DNA of 63,165 nt, filler included, from Collodictyon triciliatum (Eukaryota): the NCBI GenBank assembly GCA_043381765.1. It is 4 parts of 4 records of this genome, joined end to end, with 100 filler letters (N's around TTAATTAATTAA, not from the genome) between each part and the next. Parts side by side here need not be neighbours in the genome. Positions count along the whole stretch, not along the records: positions 20,405 to 40,678 come from JBHJMP010001245.1; positions 40,779 to 61,045 come from JBHJMP010001246.1; positions 61,146 to 63,165 come from JBHJMP010001385.1; 1 more part is not named here. One strand, given 5' to 3'. Within the stretch, counting starts at the first letter, position 1. Each line of letters begins with the position of its first letter. This document shows, in pieces, positions 25,479 to 63,165 of the stretch. The notes below the pieces were generated by a model, which saw only the letters and a program-made list of their open reading frames with translations, was not told the origin of the DNA and made no database searches. The position numbers and the translations under genes were made by a program.

Positions 25479-27032
25479 CTAGTTTGCGTTGCGGAGGGCG
25501 CAGTCCTTGAGCGACTGCAGAACCCATTGGCACTCGTCCGCGTTGTTTGTCTGCTCCATGCATTTCATGAACGCCTGCTCGTACTGGTAGCACGCAGGGC
25601 GGCCAAAGTACGAGTACGGGTTAGTTTTTGCGTACGGGTCCGTAGAAAATCCGTCAGCCTGGCCAGTCCATGTTTGCTGCGGAGGGTTTGCAGCTGGGGC
25701 TGCCTCAGCTGCGGGCGGCCTACAACACATTAGGCGGGTCAGCACTCGTAGCACGGAAGATGGGCAGGAAGTCTGGATGCGGCATACTCGGCGCTGTCGG
25801 AGGAACTGTGGCCGCCAAAGACAGCACGGCTGACAGAGTGCCCGATGAAGGAGCCCATGGCTGTGGATGCGACATCCTGCATGAAGGAGCGGCCGCTGAA
25901 GCCTATCGAAGGGGGCAGAGAGATACGACTGAGATGAAGAGACAATACGCAGATTGTGAGACGCTGCATGGGCATGCCACTTTGCTTGCATCCTTGCACT
26001 CACCAGAGGCTGCCTGGGCAGGCACTTGCGCTGGGGCAACCGGGGCTGGGACGGACGGTGCAGCAGCTGACGAAGGAGCTGCTGGGGCGGCGCGTGGAGC
26101 AGCCGGAGCGGAGGGGACGGAGGCGGGCGGGGCGGCCGGGCGGGCTGCGCTCATCGGCGCAGAGGTGCTTGGGGCCGGCGGGGGCGCAGTTGGGCGGGCG
26201 GCCGATGTGCTGGCGGAGTGGGTGGGCTGTGGTGGTGGTGCGCTGCGGCTTCACGTGGGTTGACACATCGTTGTGAGGGAAAAGGGAGAAAAAAGAAGAA
26301 AAGTAAAAGAAAGAGAGAAAGAGAAAAAGAAAAGAAGAAAAAAGAAGAAAAAGAGAAAAAAAGAAAGAGAAAAAAAGAAAGAGAAAAAAGAAAAGAAAAA
26401 GAAATGAGAAAGAAAAAGAAAAGAGAAAAAGAAAAGAGAAAGAGAAAAAAGAAAAAAGAAAAAAAGAAGAAAAAAGAAGAAAAAAGAAGAAAAAAGAAGA
26501 AAGATTAAGAAAAGAAAAAGAAAAAGAAAAAAGAAGAAAAAGAAAAAAGAAAAGAAAAAAGAAAAGAAAAAAGAAAAGAAAATAGAAAAGAAAATAGAAA
26601 AGAAAATAGAAAAGAAAATAGAAAAGAAAAAAGAAAAGAAAATAGAAAAGAAAAAAGAAAAGAAAAGAAAAAAGAAGAAAAAGAAAGAGAGAAAAGTTAC
26701 AGGGCGAAAGAGTGTGATTGAGTATAAGACGGCATAAAAATTGCTAGTGCTTCGGGCTACGAAAGTCGCGGACTGATTCAAGAGCTGAGAGCACACGAAA
26801 ACAACATAAACAAAGAGGATGCTCAATCGGTGTGATGATTAGAGCCAAGCGGAATGAACGAGAGGGAAAAAGAAAAAAGAAAGGATACGCAGGTGAAAAC
26901 CACTCCATAAGCAACAAACGCAGTGATTCGAAGGGGAGGAGGCATCAAAAGAGAGTTGTGTGCGGGAAGCACAAGCAGGAAGCGAAAATACCTTGATGCC
27001 GACGAGCGGCCCCCTGAAGAACGGCGTCCCAT
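25479..27032 (-). CDS. CHCHD2: CHCHD2/CHCHD10/MIX17-like mitochondrial intermembrane-space twin-CX9C protein
   Basis: MGRRSSGGRS N-terminus, Pro/Ala-rich linker, hydrophobic SFMQDVASTAMGSFIGHSVSRAVFGG, C-terminal C-X9-C-X9-C-X9-C (CYQYEQAFMKC...CQWVLQSLKDC). Confidence 0.85.
26280..26695. repeat. Purine-rich (AAAAG)-type low-complexity tract in a CHCHD2 intron
   Basis: Read directly. Similar tracts at about 21203-21370, 40560-40955, 49386-49576 and 55655-55768. Confidence 0.9.
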
Positions 27033-28146
27033 GAAGAAAGTGGTATACGAGTGTTTTCCTTGTGCTTCACAGAAACGTTTTAGACTGTAAGTGACTTACC
27101 TACTCCTTGTTCCGCCTTACGTGGCTCAAACCTTCCAGCCGTGTGTTTCTGGGCTAAACCTTGCACATGCTGATTCATCTAAAAGAATGCCAACGCAGCG
27201 AAGCGGCTCTGTGCAGAACAGTATCCATATTTATATGATGTTTCATAGAAAAAAGAATGTTCCACAAGAAGAGTTGAATCGTTCTAGAACCTTCTCCCGG
27301 TGGATTGGTTNNNNNNNNNNNNNNNNNNNNNNNNNNNNNNNNNNNNNNNNNNNNNNNNNNNNNNNNNNNNNNNNNNNNNNNNNNNNNNNNNNNNNNNNNN
27401 NNNNNNNNNNNNNNNNNNNNNNNNNNNNNNNNNNNNNNNNNNNNNNNNNNNNNNNNNNNNNNNNNNNNNNNNNNNNNNNNNNNNNNNNNNNNNNNNNNNN
27501 NNNNNNNNNNNNNNNNNNNNNNNNNNNNNNNNNNNNNNNNNNNNNNNNNNNNNNNNNNNNNNNNNNNNNNNNNNNNNNNNNNNNNNNNNNNNNNNNNNNN
27601 NNNNNNNNNNNNNNNNNNNNNNNNNNNNNNNNNNNNNNNNNNNNNNNNNNNNNNNNNNNNNNNNNNNNNNNNNNNNNNNNNNNNNNNNNNNNNNNNNNNN
27701 NNNNNNNNNNNNNNNNNNNNNNNNNNNNNNNNNNNNNAAAGAACACAAAGAGCACAAAGAACACAAATAACAAAAAAATAACAAAAAAATAACAAAAAAA
27801 TAACAAAAAAGAACAAAAAAAGAACAAAAAAAGAACAAAAAAGAACAAAAAGAACAAAAAAAGAACAAAAAAAGAACAAAAAGAACAAAAAAAGAACAAA
27901 AAGAACAAAAAGAACAAAAAAGAACATGGTCCAACAAAGCATGAGCGTTGATGAAAAACTGCCACGACATATGCATAGCTTGTCAACAAATAACATAAAG
28001 AACGAAACAACCATCTTGTACAAATTGAAAGGAAGATAAAGAAACCACAGGCAAACGATCATTCCATCCAGTGTTCTAGTCTGACATGCAGAACTTCATG
28101 CCCCATCACCCTTCTTTTATTTCTCCATATCACTATAGTAGAAAAA

Positions 28147-36204
<8,058 letters not shown>

Positions 36205-36562
36205 CAGGCCACGTCGATATGCCTCTTGTGGAATTGATACCATTTGTGTGTATTAAATGCACACCAAACGGATAAAATTAAGAGAGGAAAAGAGGATCGC
36301 GAAGCGAAGCATTATTCCCACAGCAAACACGAGTGTAAGCGGAGCCCCGTCCTTTCACTGTAAGCGAGTGGCTGCATTTGAATTATAGAGCTCGAAAATG
36401 AAAGAAAAAAGAATGAGGAAGAGAAAACGAAGACGAATGAAAAAGAAAAACGGACAAAAGACTGAGGAATGACACGCGAGCACCATCAAATAAGGAAAAC
36501 CCAGCGCGAGAAGCTGCTCGCTTCACAGCCCGTCCAAAGAAGGAGAAGAGCAAAGCCCGACA

Positions 36563-40461
<3,899 letters not shown>

Positions 40462-41056
40462 ATATCTATTCAGAGCTATATTCATAAAATTTTTTTATTA
40501 TTCTATTGAAATAAACAAATAATTAAGACATGAATTGATCTACATGTGCTAATCTTGGATTCTTTTTTCTTCTTTCTCCTCTTTCTCTTCTTTCTCTTCT
40601 TTCTCTTCTTTCTCTTCTTTCTCTTCTTTCTCTTCTTTCTCTTCTTTCTCTTCTTTCTCTTCTTTCTCTTCTTTCTCTNNNNNNNNNNNNNNNNNNNNNN
40701 NNNNNNNNNNNNNNNNNNNNNNTTAATTAATTAANNNNNNNNNNNNNNNNNNNNNNNNNNNNNNNNNNNNNNNNNNNNAAAAGAAAAAGAAAAAGAAAAA
40801 GAAAAAGAAAAAGAAAAAGAAAAAGAAAAAGAAAAAGAAAAAGAAAAAGAAAAAGAAAAAGAAAAAGAAAAAAGAAAAAGAAAAAGAAAAAAGAAAAAGA
40901 AAAAAGAAAAAGAAAAAGAAAAAGAAAAAGAAAAAAAGAAAAAAGAAAAAAAGAGCAGAAAAACAAGGAGAGGGAGTGGCCGGACAACGCAATCCTCACA
41001 CCACTTTTGCTTAACGTAGGTCAGAACAGAGCCAGTAAGAAAAGAAGAACGGGGGA

Positions 41057-43650
41057 ATGGGAGCTGACTATTATGCAATCCTCGAAGTATCTCGATCATC
41101 TGCCACAGCCGAAATCCGTAAGGCGTAAGTACATAGTTCTTGTTTCAACCAACCACTCATTTTTTATTCTGTTTTTCTGTACCCTTTCTTCCTTTTTTTC
41201 TCCCTTCGTTTTTTTTTTTTTTATTAATACTTGTATTATGCCATGAAGCAATAAAAAAAATTACCGAAAGACTTCTATCTATGTAAAATGTGAAGAGCAC
41301 ACATCAATATTTATTGAATGATAACAATAACACTTAGTTTCCGCAAACATGCTCTCAAATGGCACCCAGACAAGAATGAAGACAACCGTGTCGAAGCACA
41401 AATCCACTTCGCACGCATTGCAGAGGCATACACGGTTCTTGGAGACGGTGTGTCGCATCATTCCTTTATCTATCCATTATTTGGTCCATTTTACTATCCT
41501 TGTTACACAACATATGCTACCTATGTGATTTTGATTTCGGCAACATAATTTAAACCATCTCCAAACATTTGTAACAATATATTATTAGCCCAAAGACGAG
41601 GACTTTTTGATACATTCGGCGAGGAAGGACTGAAGTCTGGTATTCCTGGTGAGTGTTCTTATTCTTTGAGTGCACATCAGATTCTCTCACGATACTGGGT
41701 CGCTGGGAGTTAAGTTTAACTTTTAAGAGTACCAGTTTAATCAAAAACAAAAAAAAATGAAAAGAGATGTTTAAAAAATATCTAAAATTACTGTCATGTA
41801 TCCTCCAAGAAATACAAATATCCAAATATGTATACTATTTACGCTCCATTTTGGCGATACACTCAGGGACTCATGACGGATGGACGATGATTGAAACTCC
41901 AATTCAAGTATTTACGAGTGTCTTTGGGACGTCGAATCCTTTTCAAGTATTTGGAGAAGGTTTGAATAGTTTCATAAGACTCTCTTACCTCTCAGGACTA
42001 CAAAGCCCCTTACCTACAATGCAGGATTATGTAATATACACTTCATGCACCCTGATTATTTCGATTTCTATTCACATTCTACTTGTATTTCCTATCTGCA
42101 ACATAACTATACCAGATGTTACAAATACAATCCACTCCACCAGTGGACCATCAAGCGTTCTTGCAAAACCGCCTGTAGCTGTTCAAGGACCACCCGTCCA
42201 GGTAGTTTGGTCCAATATACAAATACCATCTTGTCAACCATATTCTTTTGCTAGTATTTTTCTTTAAGTTAGTAGTAAATTGGATTTTAACTTTCGGTAG
42301 TTCTCCTGGATAAGAAATCGTTGTCTGCATACAAAGAATCACACTCATAATCTATTCAATTTTTCATGCAGCACACCCTTCCGTGCACCTTGGAAGACTT
42401 ATATAATGGAGCAACGAAGAAAGTGACTATTCAGAAAAAGGTATCATTTTATCAATAGTCAATGTGTCTTCCCTTTCGATATCTAGATACAATTTCCCTT
42501 TTTCGCATTTTCTCTTTTCCCTCAATTTGTATTATAAGGAGGCAATACTTATTATATAATCATACTACCATGAAGCAATCGTTGATAATAATCGATGATA
42601 AAATTATATCAGTCCCTTGAATTTCAACCTCTTATTTTTTATGTCAAAAATGCAAACTGTAATCCCCCACCGACATCTTACATTCGCCCATTTCTCGATC
42701 AGGTCCTGAATCTTGATGGAAGGACAACACGTGAAACGGATAAATTGCTCACCATTGTAGTGAAGAAAGGATGGAAAGACGGGACGAAGATAACGTTCAC
42801 CAAGGACGGGGACGAGGGCCCAGGCATTATCCCTTGTGAGCCAACATAGTTACCATTGAAAGACACTCCATAATTATGCAAAATCCAGATCTTATCCTTT
42901 CTTTCTAGGTTACATGAGCTAATGCATGAATATAGCTAGCTCAGCACAAATGTCGCCTTTAGATGACTCATTTAAGCATATTTCGCCCGACTGACACTCA
43001 GAAAACAAATAATAGCGGATGTCGAGTTCATCGTGAAGACACAACCACACGATCGCTTCAGACGCGAAGGCGATAATCTGCATTACACCACACGCGTCAC
43101 TCTTCTTGGGTCGCTGACTGGCACAGTTGTAGACATCACCACACTGGATGGGCGCATCCTTCACATACCTATCAATGACATCATCGAGTGAGTCCAGCCT
43201 TCAGATGAATATACATCATGCTACAACTTTCAGGAATCAGAAAGAATTCAAGAAGCTCTCAACATTTATCTTTCGTCACAAACCCTTCTCTATTGTCTTC
43301 ATGTGTATGGAATGCTAATTAAGGTCATGTTAATCAAAGAAGAGGAAACAAAAGATTAAATGTATGTTTATTTCAGTGCAAAGTACGTCAAAACTGTAAA
43401 CGAGGAAGGGATGCCGATTTCAGGCAAAACTGGGGGCCGAGGCGCACTTTTCATTCATTTTGAGGTTTGAAGACAATATATCACGTAACCATCTCTCTGT
43501 TCTGTAGGATTAGTAACTACCGTGACCTAATACAATCCAAGTACAACGTAATCCAATTCAAGAGTTGTTTTCTTCTTTTCCTTTCAGATCGATTTCCCCA
43601 CAAGCTTAAGTGCTGACCAGAAAGCACACCTGAAGCAGATTCTCTCATAG
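41057..43650 (+). CDS. DNAJB13: Type II HSP40, DNAJB13/radial-spoke RSP16-like
   Basis: [11 protein letters not shown]...[80 protein letters not shown]. These motifs match DNAJB13 from memory. Confidence 0.75.
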
Positions 43651-43984
43651 TCATGTTCGCCAAATAACCATAAACCGTTCTACTTTTTTTTTTTTTAAAA
43701 AAAAACAACAACTTGGAAATCATTGAATTCTTAATTGCAAAGAAAAACACGTATTCTCTTAACTTTTGTTCGGTCATGGACATGATACGACGCGTCAAAA
43801 GTTTCATTTTCATTTCTCTTTATTGTATTCTTTATAATTCACAAAGTAAGGTCGTTATTTTTCATGTTGAAAATTCCCATCCCAACATGAACTTCTTCCC
43901 AAGGCTAAGCTAGGAGGCAGTTATTTCAGACCGAGACTTTTCACTCATGTCTCATCAACAAGGGCTCCTTCTGTGAGAAATAGA

Positions 43985-56925
<12,941 letters not shown>

Positions 56926-57722
56926 CGCTATCTGTGTTCTAAGCTTTTATAATTCTTTCAGTGCCCGATTCCACAAAGCCGTATCCTGGGAAGGCGAGCT
57001 CTGTTAGAAGGGGAAAGCGAAGAAGTGCCCAGACTCTGTTTAGATTGCTCCTTGCCGAGAGCGACGATTTCAAAGATGATCGTTTGGCTGATTGCTTTGA
57101 TGGAATTCGTCTTCTGCTTCTGGAACCGGTGGCTGCTCGGAACATTCCCTATTATGAATAATCTAGACGGATATTCGTTGTAATGTATCCCTTTTAGTTC
57201 TAAGCGGCACAGGGCTCGACAATAAGCGCAACGAAATTATGGTAGATGTAGAGACGAAAAAGAAAAAATAAAGATTGCCGTGCAGAGAGCCAGTCATCAT
57301 AATTGGCTTTCTTTAACAGAATACATCAATTAGGAGTCAATAAAAGCAACATCAGATATTTCACTTTTCGAAAACAATGGATGTTGTTGCGATGGGACAC
57401 ATTGGCATCGAATTTTTAAAATGGAAGAAAGGCAGTGTAAAGTAAACTTTGCGAAGTGTCGAATCGTGTAATATAATTGAAATACGTCTTGATATGCAGG
57501 ATTTGTACGGTCTTTATTAATTGGACATGATTAAGGTTAATTAATAATATCTAGCCCATGGAAATTAATTGACGGGGACATAATCCAATTTATTTTTACT
57601 CTATTCACATATTCAGCATATTCATCATTCCCTCATCCAACGAATAGCAGATTTAAAACAGGGAGCTTCGGTACAAGACCTGATACATAACAAAAGTATA
57701 TTTAAGTTAATGTCAATATTCT

Positions 57723-59196
57723 TTATCCAACACTGGCGCGGAAAAACCCCGAGTCGCACGTAAGTCTAGGAAAACCCGTGCAAGGAAGCCGCCTGCAAGT
57801 CTGTCTGAGCGGACAGTAATCTTTGCATTTTGTTGAGCAAGTCGTTTACTACAAGAACAAGGCCCGCAGGCTCAAAGATGCGCTCGCTTCCTTCTTGAAA
57901 TCGAACAAACTTTGTGAAGAGTCCATCCAATTGCGCTTTTCGGACAGTGAAGGCCATTGCCTGACTGCCTTCCGCACAGCAAAAACCGCCCGAAAGCTTC
58001 TGGAGCTGAAGTATGTAAGTCTGAGCAATATTACGAGCAGCTTCAGCAGAAGTAAACCAACAGAGTCCTCGGTGATGCTCTACCAATTACCGCTGGATGT
58101 GTGGCCATAACTCCTTCGTGAGGAGCTGAAGCCATTCAGACCGACCCACGTAGATATCAAAAAGGACAAAGGCTTCTTTACAGACACGGCCGTGGTGAAG
58201 CTTCTTTGTCACAGGAACCAGCTCCCTGCAAAGTTTACGGTCATGAGAAAAAAGTGTCCAAAGTGCATCCTCAAAGAGCGTCCGCCAGCCGTGAAGAACG
58301 AACGACAAGTAAAAGCTCCGCAAAAGAATACACCTGCCAAGCAGACAAGCAGCAACGAGGTCAAGGAAGCAAAGGCCAGGCAACAACAGAGCCCGCAAAA
58401 CTCACAGCAGGTACGCGCGTACAGCGACAGCGACGATGACATGGAAGGAAATCTCGGTTCCTCTTCAGAATCTTCGCACTCGAGTCATCCATCATCGCCA
58501 ACACCGGACAAGCCCGTACATCGCAAGACCCAAGAGCAGCGCATCTCCAAACCCCGAAAGAAATCCCCCTTAAACTATCCATTCAGACTGGCGTGAATAT
58601 GGATAACATAGGAGACATCAAGGTAGTCTTCGTTACTTATCCGAAAGGATACTCCAAAGCGAAGGTAACACAAGAACCAGCGCCCACCAAAGATAGTCCG
58701 TTTACCCTGCCCCAGCCCGTCGCACCGAGAACCAATGAGCAAGAGCAAGCACCACAAGTTGAATCCGAGCTTGAAACTTCACATACTAAAGAGAGTTCGC
58801 GCAAACAGGAGCGTATATTTCTAAAACCACAAACGCGTATCCATACTCCGGTTAAGCAAAGTTCACTGCCGGCTACGCATGGCTCCGAAACTAGGGGACG
58901 GTCAAGCGCCACTTCCGATAATACCAGACAAACAACGACGTATCGCTTTTTGTTGAGTCGGCCAGCAAGAAACGCAAGGAAAGTGACCCGTTGTCCCCTC
59001 AAAAGACTCATCCTGTGGAATGAAATAGGATGTAAACCCTGTCTGAGATAGATGGTTGAAAGGACTCGTTGGAATCGATTTGAGAAGTAACAGCCTTGTG
59101 CGTACTTTCATCGACCCGACAACTTTATCCGCTCTTCTATCAGTCTCGAATACAACCAGAAATCGCGTTGGAGCAGATTCACCTCGGGTAGAATAG
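57723..59196 (+). pseudogene. Decayed intronless ORF, possibly a non-LTR retrotransposon ORF1/gag-like remnant
   Basis: ORFs 57823-58110 and 58192-58596 share one frame interrupted by TAA; frameshift near 58595; no introns in an intron-dense genome; RRM-like VMLYQLPLDVWP*LLREELKPF followed by a low-complexity tail. Confidence 0.4.
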
Positions 59197-59748
59197 TCTG
59201 CGTGTGAGAACACTTTCTCTCCTTTCTATCTTTTCTTCTTTTTCTCTTTCTATTTCACCCAAAACACAAAAACTCCAACACACAATCCGGGGTTTTCACT
59301 GTCTTGTCCACAGCTTATTTTTGTCCTAGAGGCGAAGGCGGTTTCCTCGGCTTTGTTTTCTCCCAATAAACTGTTGATATGATATTAAAAAAATAATAAA
59401 AATAATCTGGTCGTGTTCGACTGAAGAAATAGGGAGGAAAAGTGTGACTTACGGAAAAGAAAAAGAAAAGGAAAAAAATGCAAAAAAATGGGAAAAAATG
59501 GAAAAAACAATCGGAAAAAAAGAAATGAGGAAAGAGAGATAGAAAGAAAGGACAGAATAAGCGTAAAGACATCGCACCGGGAAAGAGCCAACGAGTCTGT
59601 CGAAAATCCAGATACGCACGCCAAAGCCCGCCGCGCGATCGCACTGGGTCGTTGAAAACCCCGTCAATCCGATCTCTATTCATTTGCACAGGGAAAAGAA
59701 GAGGAGAGGAGAACAGCAAAAGGAAAGGAAAGGAAAACAAGTCCACAT

Positions 59749-60901
59749 ATGCAGTCGAACGTCAAAGTGCGCCGCCCTCGGGTTTATTCCGTGGGGGTTG
59801 GAAGCCGCTCTATCTCTGTGAGTCCAGCTGAAGAGGAGGACTTCCAGGAAAGAACAGTCCGAGGTAGTTACTCACAAGCCGCTTCTTCTGATCCAAGCTT
59901 TCTGGATCTTTGCTGCTCTCTCCTTTCTTCTGTATTGATATCTTAAACACAAGCGTACTGTACAGAAAGTAGGCTTCTTTTTTTTTTTTTTTGACGTTTA
60001 CTTGGCTTTTTTTCCTACCTCACAATACCTTTTTAATTATTATTATTTTAGTTACTGGGAGATTTTCGCACTACATGAATGTATTATGCAATGAACCATC
60101 GGTTGGTCTATTCCGCGTGCAAGAGCACGTCCAGAAGTCCATACCAGTCTTGGCGGAAAAGCGTGTATTACATAATCCTCTTCTTTTGCTATCTTTTTGC
60201 TGTATGTTTCTCTGCCCCTTCTATCATGTTTTCCCTCCATATGTTATCTGTATTATTTCATCTCTTGATGCTTGTAACTTGAGTTATTAGCCGCGATTAA
60301 GCGAACCACTAATTTAATTATTCTCATTCCATGGGTCGAATTGCAGAAAGAACTTTCCAGCAAGACTGAGGACACCAAGCAACATATTCTTGATGTTGAG
60401 TTTAGCATCGAAACTATACAAGTTTGTTAGCATAATCCTTTCTTTTTTTTTTTTTGAAACCAAAAGTTCATCTCCCCCTACCCGATTGTATGGATGCATG
60501 TTATCCATTTCTATATTAAAAATAATAAATTCGATATTTTAATTGTCCCTCTCTAAATGCGATGGATACAAAACCACCTAAATAGCAAATTAAAGGAGCT
60601 CAGCCTGTTCTCTCTTCTATAAGATCGCTTCTTCAGTCATCTACGCTTGCTGCAGAAAGAACTGCCGATCTCCACCGGTTCTGCCATTTTCACATACAAT
60701 CGAAGAACATGCAACAACAGAAATATCATTACTTTTGAAAGTAATATTCTCGTTTCGATAAATTGGGTGGGAAATGAATAGATTGGCCCAAGCGCGAGCC
60801 CGAGTTTCAAGCTATGATACGCGTTATTCTACCGCAACACGCTCACACTTTGAAGTTACTCGCTCAGAACGAACCACCGTTGTTCCTCAGTTTGTTGAAG
60901 G
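59749..60901 (+). CDS. BORCS8: BLOC-1-related complex subunit 8 (MEF2BNB); 3' end runs into a gap
   Basis: VTGRFSHYMNVLCNEPSVGLFRVQEHVQKSIPVL matches the BORCS8 NEPSV.LYR.QEHV signature; downstream exons join in frame. Confidence 0.85.
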
Positions 60902-61158
60902 TTTATCTATGCCTTTATCTATGCCTTTGTCTTTGTCTTTGTCTTTGTCTTTGTCTTTGTCTTTGTCTTTGTCTTTGTCTTTGTCTTTGTCTTTGTCTTT
61001 GTCTTTGTCTTTGTCTTTGTCTTTGTCTTTGTCTTTGTCTTTGTCNNNNNNNNNNNNNNNNNNNNNNNNNNNNNNNNNNNNNNNNNNNNTTAATTAATTA
61101 ANNNNNNNNNNNNNNNNNNNNNNNNNNNNNNNNNNNNNNNNNNNNTTTTTTTTTTTTT

Positions 61159-61230
<72 letters not shown>

Positions 61231-61315
61231 TTCTTTTTTGTTCTTTTTTTGTTCTTTTTTTGTTCTTTTTTATTCTTTTCATTCTTAAAAGAACATATTT
61301 GTCCATTATAAGCAT

Positions 61316-63048
61316 ATGGCCAGGATGGTGCCCTCTTCGACTTTGGCAAACGGCGTCAAGATGCCATTGCTCGGGCGTTAGTTTACATACGTCACACATT
61401 ACAAATATTTCTAACTAAAACAGAAAATAGGAAAATAAACTTTTAAAAAAACAAAACATCATTTATGCCTCATCTCTTCAACCACAGTTGGGACGTTCCA
61501 AATAAAAGGTGATGATGCATATCGCGTTGTAAGTGAAGCTCTAAGGTTGGGATATCGGCATATTGGTAATAAATTTCTTTAATAAACATCGATGACTTGA
61601 TTAATTGGTATGGAAATCGACTCTGTTGTAGGATGGAAAAAAATATATGTACATTTTGAATTAATTTGATTTTTCTTCTCTTCAATATGTATGAACAAAA
61701 AGACACTGCATGGATTTATCGAAACGAAGAGATGGTTGGTGCGGCAATACGTGATTCTAAAGTTTCGAGAGAGGAGCTATACGTTGTATCAAAGCTTCCT
61801 CCGAATCACCATGGATACGAAGTTTGCCAGTTTCAATTAATATTATTGATTTTGTTTCGTTGTTTGTTTGGTGGCTTTAGTTCTGCTGGCTAATTCGCAT
61901 AATATCAATATTAATATACTTCATAATTTCTGCGTGTCTCGTTCTGTATTTTTCTCATTCATCAATAGGATACGATAAAAAGTTGTCAGGAATCTCTTAC
62001 AAGACTCGGCCTGGAGTACTTGGATCTATATCTGATTCACTGGCCGGGAAAATCAGGGATTAAAACGTAAATGAGCTTGTTAAACTTCTACTTATTTCTA
62101 TCATTATGAAAAGAAAAGGATAGAACATATCACATAGATTTCGTTCAAAGCTTAGGTTATATGAATAGATATTATTATTTTTAAAGATAAACATGTAGTT
62201 CATCCGAGAAGAACAGAGAATTTAGAAATGAAAGCTGGAAAGCGATGGAGCAGTTGTACAAACAAGGTTATAACAAGACAAACCAAAAAGACTCCGTTTT
62301 AGGGATTTAACCAATATTATTTTATAATATTGTTGTCACGATAGATTCCAAACCATATTTTCCTGCACTCGACTATAGGTAAGTGCAAAGCAATCGGTGT
62401 TAGCAATTACTTGGTATCTCACTTGGAAGATTTGAAGAAAGTTGCGGAGATAATGCCGATGGTGAACCAGGTGAAATTCTTTCATAATGCCCAATCAAAT
62501 ACAGCGAACAACACGATTACAATTCTTTATTCATAGGTTGTATGAAGTTGGACTTTCTCTTAGTTAACTGACGTACGTAGTCTTTACAATGCTGCCAAAT
62601 ATATTTGTCTGTTTACAGTTTGAACTACATCCCCTTCTACCTCAAATGGAGCTGAGACAGTACTGTGAGATTAATAAAATAGGAGTTGAAGCTTACTCAT
62701 CACTAGGTCAAGGCAGAACAGAAGTAATTATAGTTTTGTTGCTTTTTTCCAGCATAGAATCCTCCTTTTTTTTTTCCGTTGAATGATACACGAATTTATC
62801 TTGATTTTTTGCCCATTTATTTCTTCACTTACTATTATTTGCTTGTCAATTTATTATTTTTTTAATTACAATCAGTAGCTTATACAAAACCTCTTCCTTG
62901 AAAAAAAAAATAGCAAAGGAAAGGACGTTTACAAAAATGCGCATATTTGCATAGATTCTGCAGAATGAAACGATTAGGAAAATTGCAGAAGAGACAAATC
63001 GAACACCCGCACAAGTGGCACTGAGATGGGCTACACAACAGAATATAA
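61316..63048 (+). CDS. Aldo-keto reductase, 3'-partial
   Basis: [92 protein letters not shown]. Confidence 0.95.
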
Positions 63049-63096
63049 GTAACGATGCCATATATGTGTTTGGTAATCGCACTGTCTTGTTTATCT

Positions 63097-63165
<69 letters not shown>

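Overview
AT-rich, intron-dense eukaryotic (protist-like) nuclear DNA with many intronic microsatellites and several assembly gaps. By manual exon joining it encodes about 12 spliced genes: a partial TPR-pentapeptide-WD40 protein (STAND/NLR-like), a MENTAL-START-START lipid-transfer protein, an SLC35B1/HUT1-type transporter carrying two in-frame TGAs, an orphan protein, a TRIM-NHL (RING-Bbox-Bbox-CC-NHL), CHCHD2/MIX17, SMC5, an SK-type K+ channel, a DNAJB13/RSP16-like HSP40, a 13-kb receptor kinase, BORCS8 and a partial aldo-keto reductase. Main highlights: (1) a single-pass receptor whose ectodomain is about six tandem glucodextranase-C/DOMON-like domains (best known from prokaryotic amylopullulanases) fused to a kinase-degenerate cyclase-kinase module; (2) a family of tiny (31-36 nt) poly(A)-tailed inserts with 14-18 bp target-site duplications, five copies in 63 kb; (3) one-TPR-per-126-nt symmetric exons joined to an intronless, homogenised WD40 array. 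All protein assignments come from motif recognition by eye, with no database search, and outer gene boundaries are approximate where stated.
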